Shown here: one piece after another, positions 44,421 to 56,065 of the stretch | Position numbering within the stretch: the first letter of the stretch is position 1 | Layout of the letters: every line of letters begins with the position of its first letter | Origin: Massalongia carnosa | Taxonomy: Eukaryota | Length of the DNA stretch: 64,000 bases | Assembly: GCA_965645245.1 (NCBI GenBank) | Contig: OZ287080.1 | Coordinates: 744,001-808,000 of the forward strand | Direction of reading: 5' to 3' | Translations under genes and position numbers: made by a program | The notes under the pieces: generated by a model | Told to the model about the DNA's origin: nothing | Database searches by the model: none | What the model saw: the letters and a program-made list of their open reading frames with translations, nothing else

Positions 44421-46853
44421 CCGTATAATTTCCCATATAAGCCTGGACTTAACTATTAACCGCTTTTCGGCTATAAGCCTGTGTTCTAAAATTGACTTTT
44501 CAGACCGAGGGGGGTTATTGGGCTATAAGCTCCTAATTTCTTAAGAAGAGATAGAGGTACTTAATTTTCCTAGTAATTCTCACTGAAATTAAAGTACCTT
44601 CCTATTATTCTTCATCCATCTCGTTGTCGCCGCTATTATCTTCCCCGCCATCGTTTTCCTCAATATTCGACCCTATTTCATCTCTTAAAACATACTCGTA
44701 TCCCCTCCTAATATTCTCATCCATAACTACCTTATTTGTCTCGTCATTTGTCCCCTAATCTGCCCTCTCATCTATTCTCTCAGCTGTCTCTATTTCTTCC
44801 TCGTTATTTCGTCTCCAATTTCCCACCTCAATGCCCGGAAGATCTTCTACACGCAATTCGTCATCTTCCGATCCATCTATGGCCAGAGAAAGTCCTAATT
44901 TTCTAAACGCTCGACGAATTACATCGGAGCTTTCTTTATGAAATTCCTTCCAAGCTTGTCCAACCCATTGAGTAAGCATGATTCGACGATCCCCCATAGT
45001 GTATTTTCCCTGATTCCATTGCTCGAAATGCATGTCGAAATGCATGTCGGCCAGCTCCTTTATTCGATTTTTAATGGGTTTGTTGACTGCTACGTCCAAA
45101 ACTTGAACGTAGCCGGTGCAGCCCGAGGGGATAAAGGAAGGGGTAATATTCAACTCTCGAAAAGCATCTCGAACCTACAAATCGGTCAGTTAATCAATTG
45201 TTATCTTATCAGATTAAAAGCATACCTCGTCGGTTTTCTGTCCTCTGAATACGTCTAAAGTCAACAATCGAGGTGTAGCATCTCGAGCATCTCGAGTATC
45301 TCGATTGACGAATCCGACGGTAGCGTACTTATATTGGTGTTTTAGCTATCGAATCATGACCGTGGTATTGCTCCATGCAGTATCATTCCATTGGACCGAC
45401 ACCCCTGTATGATACTGACTTATCTCCTTTTTTATACGACTGTTTTTGATTCCGTCTTTTCCCCTGAAGATAAGAAGCGGTTTGCAACGATTTATCCCAT
45501 CAGCAGAGACCTATATCATTAGTGTAGCTTGTCTCTTATCCCATCCCGATCTATGCGTCTTGGCCTATATCGTTTTAGCCCCCTTGAAGTCGTAGGTATA
45601 TCCGTCCAGAAATTCGTACGCAATTGGGTTTTGATCCATGTTACCAATATCACAAAGACGATATCTTCCCTCTCCGTGCTGTGGAATTTGACCTATTAAG
45701 GGCTGAGAATTACGTCGATTGAATTGCAGCCAACTTTCAATAGTGGACCGCAAATTCTCGGAAACTATCTGTGATTTTTTGGTAACTACTCGTGGAGAAA
45801 TACCGACTCGATTCCTGAAGTTATTAAACCACCCAAAAGAGAATTTGAAGCCTAGATACTCATCTCTTTTCCCCGCTTTTCGAATAATTTGATATGGATA
45901 CAACTCGGCATATATATGTTTTGCCTGACGTATAATCCATCGTTTATCAACCTTCATTCCAGCTTCTCTTTTGTCTTTGAACAGCTCAATTAGCTGTCTT
46001 TCCAACTCCGGTTCCTGACAGCCAGTATTGAGAGGTCTGTTTTTTCTGATTCCAGTACTCATGTTTTCGATTATGGAGCTTGTTTTTAACCATCTACGAA
46101 GCATAGCTAGATCAATTCCTAGATTTTTTGCAGCTTCGTATTTACTAATAAGCTTAAGAGTTCCGTCTTTTTTAGTCTTCCAAGTTGTTGTAGCATAGTT
46201 GATAGCAGCTAACTTATTCTCTCGTGTGTAGGATTTTCTTCGACGAGTGATTTCATCATCCGAATTTCTATTAGACACGTCATCAGCCGATTTACGTATC
46301 AAACGAAACTTTTCAGTTATCTGAGTATTGTCTCCGAAAGATGTCTGAGATAACTGTGAATAGCCTGATTTTTTGACACTTGATGCCCATAAGCTTCTGG
46401 AAACAACTGATTTTGTACGAGGACCGGTACGAGTCTTTTTAGGAGATATATGTGGAGGGGCAATATTGAGATATATAGGAAGGGCAATGTATAGGAAGGG
46501 CAATATATAGGAAGGGCAATGTATAGGAAGGGCAATGTATAGGAAGGGCAATGTATAGGAAGGGTAATGTATAGGAAGGGCAATGTATAGGAAGGGCAAT
46601 GTATATGAAGGGCAATGTATAGGAAGGGCAATGTATAGGAAGGGCAATATATAGGAAGGGCAATGATCAAAAAAAGATAAAATGTGTTTGGGGGTGGCGG
46701 GAACAATTTTTTTTCACCCGTTGTTATAAGCCCCTATTTGACTATATAAATGATTTGGCTATTAACCCCTTTGGCTATAAACCCCCGTTCAAAATCACCT
46801 CGGTTCAGTTATCTTAACTATACGCCCCGAGGCTTATATGGGAATTTATACGG
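44421..46853 (-). mobile_element. pogo-family DNA transposon with a degenerate, intron-containing transposase
   Basis: 24-bp TIR CCGTATAA(T/A)TTCCCATATAAGCCT, TA TSD; FKFSFGWFNNF, IGNMDQNP, IPSGCTGYVQVLDV; GT-AG intron 45225-45175. Confidence 0.93.
46471..46662. repeat. 16-bp minisatellite ATGTATAGGAAGGGCA x12
   Basis: 12 near-identical tandem units in the 5' region of the pogo element. Confidence 0.95.
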
Positions 46854-46975
46854 TAGGTCTACTGTTACACGTGACTATAATAATATCTAGCGCCATAGGT
46901 TGGTATCCAACAGCAGACCAAGCTCTATTCTACTATAACTGGGACTCCTGCTATGTTCGCTGTATCCGTGCCGAA

Positions 46976-47546
46976 TGTGACGAAGCGAGATAGTGAATAG
47001 ATTTCTACCATTGCGCCACCTGTCCTTCCCGACCAAAAGGCACAATACTTAGTCCGCAGACCAAGCTCTATTCTACTATAACTGGGTCTCCTGCTATGTT
47101 CGCTGTAGGTGCTGCCGTCCGCACCACGCTTGGTCGAACCGTTACACTACCGCCCGTCTAGCTGCGGCTAGCCCCTAGCCGCTTCCAGTTATAGTTAGCC
47201 CCGAAGAATGGGCTCTTCTTAGCGTACCGCCCTCGCCGATCCGACTTAGAGAGTTTTCATCCAACGCTTTCCCGTTTCGTCCTAGCTTCAGTCCGTCGAA
47301 GTAAGGCGAAAAAGCGAGGAACTCAGGTCAGGAATCGAACTCACGACTAGTACACCGATTGATGACTAAGTATTCTGTGACGAAGCGAGATAGTGAATAG
47401 ATTTCTACCATTGCGCCACCTGTCCTTCCCGACCAAAAGGCACAATACTTAGTCCGCAGACCAAGCTCTATTCTACTATAACTGGGTCTCCTGCTATGTT
47501 CGCTGTAGGTCCTGCCGTCCGCACCACGCTTGGTCGAACCGTTACA
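46976..47546 (-). mobile_element. TRIM copy B, complete 571-bp non-coding LTR element
   Basis: 171-bp LTRs 46976-47146 and 47376-47546 (one difference seen), 229-bp internal region, perfect TSD CCGAA, PPT-like AGACGGGCGGTAG on the minus strand. Confidence 0.95.
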
Positions 47547-48871
47547 CCGAACACCCATATAACCGAAAATTTTACTATTTCACCTACAGGCCCAAAAACA
47601 TCAGGTTATCAACGTTTTGATAAACCATACGAGCCATTCACTATATAATATGGTATCTTCCGTTTCAACTCATTAAATATCGGCCCCCATCGCTTTCGTT
47701 GTTGATGATCAGCCTTCTTCTGACGATCCGACTCCAATTGCTCCTCTTCCTCCTTTCACTCGAAAGTCATTCTTCTGCATTGATCCACCTGAATAACTCC
47801 TCCTTTTTGAACGTAATGCTTGCTCTGATTGGCCCTCACCTTTCGAGGGTTTTCAGCTGCTTTAGTCAGTACTAATTGATCCGATAACAGCTCGATTTCT
47901 CGAGCACATGCTAAAGCGTCTTTGACGAATTTCGGATATTGAGCCGCAATTTCATACGAAGCTTGAAGCAAAGCACTCAAATTCTTCGGAGTTTGCGGGT
48001 CCGAAAGATCATTATCCGAATGATCAGGGGTGTGATAATAAATATCAGCAAAAGGATCGGCCTCAATGTACGAGGCCCCTTATCCCAATTTATCGAAGAC
48101 AACAGACGGATCGAAAGGAATTATACCCACGGCCTTCCATGCTGATTTTATAGTCGAAACTTTAAAGGCTTTATTTCGAAACGAGTTGAGAGCATTCAAA
48201 AATTCCACCTTATTAAACGTCTCGTCCCCATGGGCTATTGCATCCTTAACCGCCTCAACATGGCAATGTTTCAGGGACTGAAAAACTACGACGTCTAATA
48301 GTTGCAACAGATAAGTCGTATGAGGTGGCAGGCCGAAGGGGATAATTTTGGCCTCGATACAGTACTCAATAAATTCAATAGTATGATGCGACCCATAACC
48401 ATCCATCATTAGCAGTCGATACGCCCCTTTTTGACTCTTTAAGGAGTGCTTATCGAAATACTTCAGCCATTCTATAGATAACCGGTTATTTGAATAACCG
48501 GTCTCGGCTGTCGAAAGCATGACTCTATCATTCAAATTATTTTCGGCCCATGAACCTTGAATTATCAATCCACTGAGTATGAGAAATGAAGGAATGCTGC
48601 CCCCAGCGCCATTTATACATTCGATGGCTGTTAAACTTTCACGATTGTCTGGATCTTTAGAAACTGTTAAACTTTCACGATTGTCTGGATCTTTAGAAAA
48701 CTTGTTATCTGCTAAAGTAATGACCCAATCTGATCGTGCGATGCCCAATCGAAAGCCCGTCTCATTAAAATTCCATTTGTCCTCATTATATATGCCATGC
48801 TCATGCACTATCTGACTGTACTGATTAAAATGAGCTCGTAAAACGACCGGGTCCTCCGCATTCTTTCGTAC

Positions 48872-49312
48872 TGTCAAGGACTGGGTTGGGAATTAAACTA
48901 ATTTTCCTAGGAATTGGATTGGATGATATAGATGTCTTTATTAATGAGGCTATAGCTAGGAGGTAGTTTGCTATACAAGACGTCGGACGAGGAGTCAGCT
49001 ATCTACTAGATATGTCCTCTTTTTATATCTGAGCCAGCCCTTTCTTTCTCATGTTTTACCTTCACCCTAGATGAGAGATTTTGGTGATGGTGGCGGCGAT
49101 GAGATGGAGCGAGAAGTAGACCAGTAGATGTGATCGTTCTAGCGATAAGAGGGTATAGTAGAGTGAGGAGATTGGTGGAGTGGAGTAAGGGGTTTATTCA
49201 GACTCATACCGAGGATGAATCTGAATAGGCTTTCAGGTGGCTTTTACCTCGATCGCCGCTTGGCGGTTCGGAGTAATCAATTAGGTTTTAACTCAAACTT
49301 TATTTCATGACA
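48872..49312 (-). mobile_element. Solo LTR (441 bp)
   Basis: TG...CA termini, flanks CGTAC/CCTAC; homologous to 54512-54948 in opposite orientation. Confidence 0.9.
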
Positions 49313-50536
49313 CCTACGGCTGCAATAGGTTTGCGTTTAATCCTCTGAAATTCAGAATGACGACTCATCCATCGCGCGGCCCAAATGGTTGTGGTGGGGT
49401 CGAATCAGTCCAGCCCTGTATTAGCAACTTATTGGCAGCTGCTTCTATCATTCGAAGACGAGGATGAAGGCCTAATGCGATCATTCGTTGAATCTATAAG
49501 ACTAAGGCCAAGTCTTGATCAGATGACAATCGACGTCCATGCAGTCCTCGTACGTCAGATGCGGGGGGATGACCTTGAAGTCGAAAACGGAGTCGCTGCG
49601 AAGGCACGTCGAATTGAGGCGCAATTTTAGCTCTTTTAGCTGTAGGATTTTTTCGTAGATGATCAATAGCTAGTTGAATTCGAGCCTCAATTTCCTGATA
49701 AGTGGAAGACATGATGATATTGATAATAATTTATCAAAGTGGTTGGTCAAAATTTTAAATTTTTCGGTTATATGGGTGAAACGGTTATATGGGTTAAACG
49801 GTTATATGGGTGAAACGGTTATATAGGTGTTCGGCACTCAGTCCTGCGAACTGGGTGCCAGCTACGCGGCACGGATAGGTCCTGCCGTCCGCACCACGCA
49901 TGGTCGAACCGTTACACTACCGCCCGTTTAGCTGCGGCTAGCCCCGAGCCGCTTCCAGTTATAGTTAGCCCCGAAGAATGGGCTCTTCTTAGCGTATGGC
50001 CCTCGCCGATCCGACTTAGAGAGTTTTCATCCAACGCTTTCCCGTTTCGTCCTAGCTTTAGTCCGTCGAAGCAAGGCGAAAAAGCGAGGAACTCAGGTCA
50101 GGAATCGAACTCACGACTAGTACACCGATTGATGACTAAGAATATTGAGACGAAGCGAGATAGTGAATAGATTTCTACTATTGCGCTACCCGTTCTTCCC
50201 GACCAAAAGGCACAATACTTAGTCCGCAGACGACCAAGCTCTATTCTACTATAACTGGGACTCCTGCTATGTTCACTGTAGGTCCTGCCGTCCGTACCCG
50301 CGCACGGTCGAACCGTTATATACTCGACGCTTTATATGGAGGTAGCCGCCGCCGAGATGGCTAACCGGCTCATTACCGAGGGCTTAATATAAAGCTACGA
50401 AATAAAGGACTGCTAGTGCTCACACGTGGTTGCACCATTTCTCAATGCTTCAACTGCCAAAAATACGGTAATATCGGTAGATCATGCCATAATCTCGCCG
50501 CCTGTAGTCACTGCACCGGTAGACATCAAAGCAAAG

Positions 50537-51032
50537 TATAAGAGGGACAGTAGACACCAGTCCTTATGGGTTATAATGCTTAGTGTGACTGCTAATAGAT
50601 TGGTAGGTGCTAAAGCTAAAAGCTGATTCCCTGAAGATGGGAATCGAGCTTTCTATATACCCCTTGGGGTCCTATTTACTAACTACTTATCTGGTTACCT
50701 GTCTGCCTTGTTGCCTTCAGCTGAGGTCTAGTAGATAGCCTTGCTGCCTTCAGCTGAGGTCTAGCAGATAACCTTATTGCCTTTAGCTGAGGTCTAGCAG
50801 ATAGCCTTGTTGCCTTCAGCTGAGGTCTCCTAGGCGTCCCAGGCCTCCCATGAGATCGAGGCTTATCTGAATAGCTTTAGTTGCTGCCTAACAAACTGGT
50901 AAGGCTGATTGCTGATGGCTTAGTATTGCTATCCGCCTTATCATGACTAAGCATCCGGATTATCAGTCACCCGGTCTTCTAGGGTGAGTCATCCCAGGAG
51001 CTAGCGCAGTCCTATATTGCCGCGCTATTATA
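50537..51032. mobile_element. Solo LTR (496 bp) containing a 33-bp tandem repeat x~3.7 (50705-50828)
   Basis: Perfect TSD CAAAG; termini TATAA...TTATA (decayed TGTAA...TTACA). Confidence 0.82.
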
Positions 51033-51478
51033 CAAAGAATGCAATCAGGAGACAACGAGGTAATACCGCCGCTGCGTTATATGTGGAGTGAAGGGACACG
51101 AAGCATAGTCTACAGCATGCAAAGTCTGAAAAGCTGAAAAGCGAACAACTGCAATAGCAATGCAAAACCGCGCCCCGTTCTATGCAATCGAATCACAACC
51201 GCACTTATTTCAATTTTAACTTCAACGAGAGTCGACACCAATAGTTATACAAACGGACGAAATTCCGTCAACGTGTAAGATAGTAAACGGCAAGAGAAGA
51301 AAAATACATAACGCTACGCCCTTATCCGGCACACCCCTGGGCCCTCATCGGGGAGACGACGCATCTACCTGGGCTAAAATAGGCATTATAAATCCTGATA
51401 ATATGGTAAAAGCCTTAGCAAAACTAGTGCTGGGTAGGCCTTATGCAGATTCCGTAGCATTAACGGCAGGAACTTATG

Positions 51479-51842
51479 TTAGCCGCGCAACGGGTTTGGT
51501 CGGGTTTTCGGGTCGGGTTCGGGTTTTTTATGCGGGTTCCGGGTAAAATCGTTCAACCAGGTCATTTTTTTGCAAATTAAATATGAAAATTTGACGAAAA
51601 TATAACGTTTAAAGTTATAAAATTTTTGCTTACTAATCATCATTTCTTGATGACTAAGTTTCGGAATTTTCAGAATTTTTAAATGTGTTTAAAACGTCTA
51701 AAAAACACGTTTAAAATTGATATAAAAAATCTACCTGGTCGAACGGGTCAAACGGGTTAACCCGGGAACGGTTCCCCAACCCGGTAGCGGGTCGGGTTCG
51801 ACAAGTCAAAACCCGACCCAACCCGACCCGTTGCGCGGCGTA
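51479..51842. mobile_element. hAT-type MITE, long variant
   Basis: Ends CCCGTTGCGCGGCGTA; 8-bp flanks AACTTATG/AACTTAGG. Confidence 0.9.
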
Positions 51843-52085
51843 AACTTAGGTCATATCGAAAATAGCGGCGGAAACAATAGAAATCATATTAGAGTCATAA
51901 AATCTCTCACTATATTGCAGTATAATATCAGAAATAATAGAATAAGTACTATGATACCCCTCTTAGCAGACAAAAACACCCAGGACTATGATATTATTGC
52001 AATATAAGAACCGTAGCGTAATCCATCCGCCTCTAGATTGTTTAGTTCTCATCAAAGCGGCTTTTATCTCCTATACCGCCCAGGA

Positions 52086-52237
52086 TACGCCGCGCAACGG
52101 GTTGGGTTTTCGCCACAAAATTGCTTTTTCGCCACCGGGTTTTTCTTTCAAAACCCAACCCGGACACCAAAAATCATTGGGTTTGCCACAAACGGGTTGG
52201 GTTTTCATCAGAGAAACCCTTCCCGTTGCGCGGCGTA
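52086..52237. mobile_element. hAT-type MITE, short variant (152 bp)
   Basis: Perfect 16-bp TIR TACGCCGCGCAACGGG; 8-bp flanks GCCCAGGA/GCCTAGGA. Confidence 0.93.
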
Positions 52238-52478
52238 GCCTAGGAGGTGACACCAGAGTGTACTTTTATATTAACGGCCTAATAGACACTGACAGCTGGG
52301 AGGTGGAATTCACCTCGGCCGACATGTGCACTTTAAAAATAAAGACCTATACTGAAGGCGTTATGGAAACAATTTATGTCCATAATATATATAACCCCTC
52401 TCCCGTCTCCTATTTATCCACTGACAATCCCACGACCTTACCGGCGGCTCGGAGTATACTTACCGCCGATGCGTATCA

Positions 52479-55400
52479 TGTTACGTATACCATAAATGAC
52501 TAGGGCGATGAGTAGACCGTTGCTTAGTCATCAGTGACCACTGCCTGGTCACGAAGGGACACTTGGTTACTTGGGTAGGATCGCCCGCTACGGGACATGG
52601 CTATATAATAGATCAGTTCCTACGTACAAATTAGAAAGGTCGTAGTTAATTCATATTACTAGTTCATTAGCCTACTACAAGCTTCCCTTAACTTGTACAG
52701 CGTGACTACCTACTAACGTATGATACGTGACACTTTAACTACCACCCCAACGCAGCAATCGAAAATCAAGACAAGTAGATTATCTTGGATGTTTCCTATG
52801 TAGGCAAAACCCTCCTAGAAGTGGTGGATTGCGGAGCACAGAGGGATGTCATTTCAGAGAAGATCGTCCGGAAATACAACATCCCTATTCGAAAGCTAGA
52901 GAAACCTTTCAGAGCCCGAAACATAGACGGAACGGATGGCACATGGGTAACACATGAGACCCAGCCCTAAGTACTCGACATCTCGGGACGAAAAGAAAGG
53001 AGGTCACTCGTAGTAGCAGAGGTACTACGACCTATTTATTTAGGACAACCATGGCTGTTCGACTACAACTAACGGATTGACTAGAGACTAGGAAGAATGC
53101 GTTTCACGGATCAGACTAAGGTTAGGTGGATCCGAAAAACGGTATGGGTACAGTGGAACCCATGCGAATTAGCGGCTTTAGAGGTTATACCGCAAGAATA
53201 CGAGAGATTTCGCCAGGTATTCAGGGACGAACCCGGGCCCACAGCGCTGCCAGAATATAAAGAATGGGACAGCGAAATCCCATTAGAAGAAGGCAAGAAC
53301 CCTCCAAAGAATGTATATACGAATTATCCGAAAGAGAACAGTTGGTCCTTAAAGATTACCTAAAAGACAACCTCGAAAACGGTTTTATAAGACAATCAAG
53401 CTCCCCCGCAGGAAATCCTATCTTATTTGCCGACAAGCCAGACGGATCGCTGACACTCTGCGTCGACTACAGAAAGCTAAACGCTATCACAATAAAGAAT
53501 AGGTACGCACTTCCGCTGATAAGGAAATTGAGAATGAAACTGGTACGAGCAAAAATCTTTACGAAACTAGACCTCAAGAACGGCTTTCACAACATCAGAA
53601 TAAAAAAGGGGGAAGAATAGAAAACGGCCTACAATACAAGAGAAGAACTGTACGAATATCAGGTGATGCCATTCGGATTGGCAAACGCACCGGCGACATT
53701 CCAGAAATTCATCAACAACATTATTAAGGAATACCTGGATGACTTTGTTATGACATATCTAGACGACATACTCATCTACTCCGAAACAGTTGAAGAAAAT
53801 CAACAACACGTTGAAATGGTTCTAGGGAAACTGCAAGAGAACAACCTGAGACTAAGTCTAAAGAAATGTACATTCTCAGTTAAGAAGGTGAAGTTCCTGA
53901 GATTTATTATCACACCAGGGTGTATCGAAATAGATCCAGAAAAAATTAAGGCGGTGCAAGAATGGCCTACGCCAACAAAAGAAAAAGAGGCTCAAGCATT
54001 CCTCGGCCTAGCGGGATTTTATCAAAAAATGATAAAGAAGTACTCTTAGATCATTTTACCACTCTTCGAGCTTCTAAAAAAGAAAGTTAACTGGAATTGG
54101 ACAAAGGAATGCGAAAGAGCATTTGAGAACTGTAAGAAAGCCTTCACCACGGGACCAATACTCAGATCATACGATCCCCAAAGAGAAACAATAGTCCAGA
54201 CAGACGCATCGGACGGGGCCATAGGGGGATATTTGACTCAAGTGTATGAGGATCAACGTCAACCTGTGGCGTACTGCTCGAGGAAGTTACAACCAGCAGA
54301 GTCCAACTACGATGTACACGACAAGGCACTACTGGCTATTGTTTACTGTTTCAAGGAATGGAGACCATACCTAGAAGGAACGAACAAAAAATTTACGGTT
54401 TTCAGTGATCATCACAAACTCATTCATTTTACGACACCCGAGGAATTGACCAGGCGACAAGCAAGATGGTCCGAAATGTTGTCAGAATACAACTTCGAAA
54501 TTAATTTTACCTGTCATGAAATAAAGTTTGAGATAAACCTAATGATTACCGAACCGTCAAGCGGCGATCGAGGTAAAAGCCACCTGAAAGCCTATTCAGA
54601 TTCATCCTCGGTATGAGTCTGAATAAACCCCTTACTCCACTCCACCAATCTCCTCACTCCACTATACCCTCTTATCGCTAGAACGATCACATCCACGGGC
54701 CCACTTATCGCTCCACTTTATCGCCGCCACCATCACCCAAATCTCTCATCTAGGGTGAAGGTAAAACATAAGAAAGAAGGGGCTGGCTCAGGTATAAAAA
54801 GAGGACATATCCTGTAGATAGTTGACTCCTCGTCCGACGTCTTGTATAGCAAACTATCCCCTAGCTATAGCTTCATTAATAAAGACATCTTGATCACCCA
54901 ATCCCAGTCTTAGGAACATTAGTTCAATCCCTAACCCAGTCCTTGACAATATCAAAAGAGAAGATAACGGAAGAGCGGACGCACTTAGCCGCAGGTCAGA
55001 CTACGAACTACCGGGAAAACAATCCAAGATACTCTTTGTTCAAAGAGAAAACGGTTTAGAACCGGCGGAATACAGCGAACTAGAAGATAAAACCGACGAG
55101 AAGGATATAATCAAACAAGGATACAACGAGGAAGAGAAAAACCTACTGACTGATCCAGAAGAACATGGATACACGGTTGAAGACGGAATTTTGTGGATAA
55201 GCAACAGAATGTTTATACCAAAAGGTCTAAGAAAGGAATACATCAAAAAATTCCACGATCCACCAAATATGGGACACCCAGGCATAAACAAGACATGGGA
55301 ACTACTATCAAGAAAACATTACTTCCCAGGAATGAGGCCAATGATAACGAAATACCTGGAAGAATACGTACCGTGCAGGATGAATAAAAAAACCAGAGAA

Positions 55401-56060
55401 AAACAACATGGCCTGCTGCAACCCATAGGAACACCCAACAGGTCATGGGAAGTCATATCAATAGATTTCATCACAGACTTCCCGCCAAGCGCGAACGAAG
55501 AAGGCACAACTTACGACTCCATCTGGGTAATAGTAGACAAACTCACAAAGTTTGCAGAGTTCGTCCTATGCAATGAAGCAATGACCACAGAACAGTTCAA
55601 CAGAATCTTTCAACGGATAATAATATCACATTACGGAGCCCCTAAGGGCATAATATCGGATAGAGACCGATTATTCACGTCCAAAATGTGGAAGAGAATA
55701 ACAGATATGCTGGGAATAGAAAGAAGGATATCCACAGTATTCTACCTACAAACAGATAGACAAACAGAAAGGGTAAACCAAACCCTAAAACAACACCTAC
55801 GAATGTACATCAACGAAAAACAAGACAACTGGGTAGAACTACTTCCAGTAGCAATAATGACCTACAACAATACCAAATCGGACGAAACTGGTTACTCACC
55901 ATACTTCGCAAACTACGGAAGGGAGATAGAGAATCTCTCCTCTGCCACTTCCGAGAACCCGTATGCAGTAGGACGAGTCGAGGACATGGTCTAACTCTAA
56001 GAAGATTTCGCGGAAGATCTAAAGTTCATCGCTAGAAGAATGAAGGAAAACACCCCCTGC
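52479..56060 (+). mobile_element. Degenerate Gypsy: 5' LTR 52479-52732, then broken PR-RT-RH-IN; no gag and no 3' LTR
   Basis: TGTTACGTAT...ATACGTGACA; VDCGA, LCVDYRKLN, YLDD, QTDAS, SIDFI, SDRD; many stops. Confidence 0.9.
54512..54948 (+). mobile_element. Solo LTR (437 bp) inserted in the RNase H region
   Basis: TGTCATGAAAT...CCTTGACA; same family as 48872-49312; TSD degenerate. Confidence 0.88.
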
Positions 56061-56065
56061 AGAAG

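Larger units (their letters stand above)
38989..46912 (-). mobile_element. Ty1/Copia element B. 3' LTR 38989-39150; 5' LTR 44316-46912 split by a pogo; frameshifted gag-pol ~43795-39330
   Basis: 162-bp LTR pair, PBS GGTTATGAGCCC (44315-44304), PPT adjacent to 39150; WLVDSAA, WHKRLGH, QNGVSER, FVDD, YSDSDWAG. Confidence 0.95.
46965..49875 (-). mobile_element. pogo/Fot1 DNA transposon, degenerate transposase 49712-~47600
   Basis: TIR TCCGTGCCGAACACCCATATAACCG (both copies interrupted), TA TSD, CGGTTATATGGG subterminal repeats; WNFNETGFRLG, MDGYGSH, LPPHTTYLLQLLDV. Confidence 0.9.
46913..50320 (-). mobile_element. TRIM copy A (older): LTR pieces 46913-46964 + 49878-49916, internal 49917-50145, LTR 50146-50320
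   Basis: Homologous to copy B; one LTR is split at a TA by a pogo element and truncated by Copia B. Confidence 0.88.
50321..52478 (+). mobile_element. Degenerate Tad1-like LINE fragment (ORF1 3' half and APE start), split by a solo LTR and two MITEs
   Basis: MEVAAAEMANR, QCFNCQKYG, ILQYNIRN, QDYDIIAI, WEVEFTSADM, VHNIYNPSP are collinear with the LINE at 19400-20500. Confidence 0.88.

Noticed and set aside
46317..46706. Repetitive ORFs (LPFLYIALPIHCPSYT)
   Set aside because: Open in all three minus frames only because the 16-bp unit has no stop.
48628..48700. 33-bp in-frame duplication in the pogo transposase as a novel feature
   Set aside because: Simple slippage in an already inactive copy.
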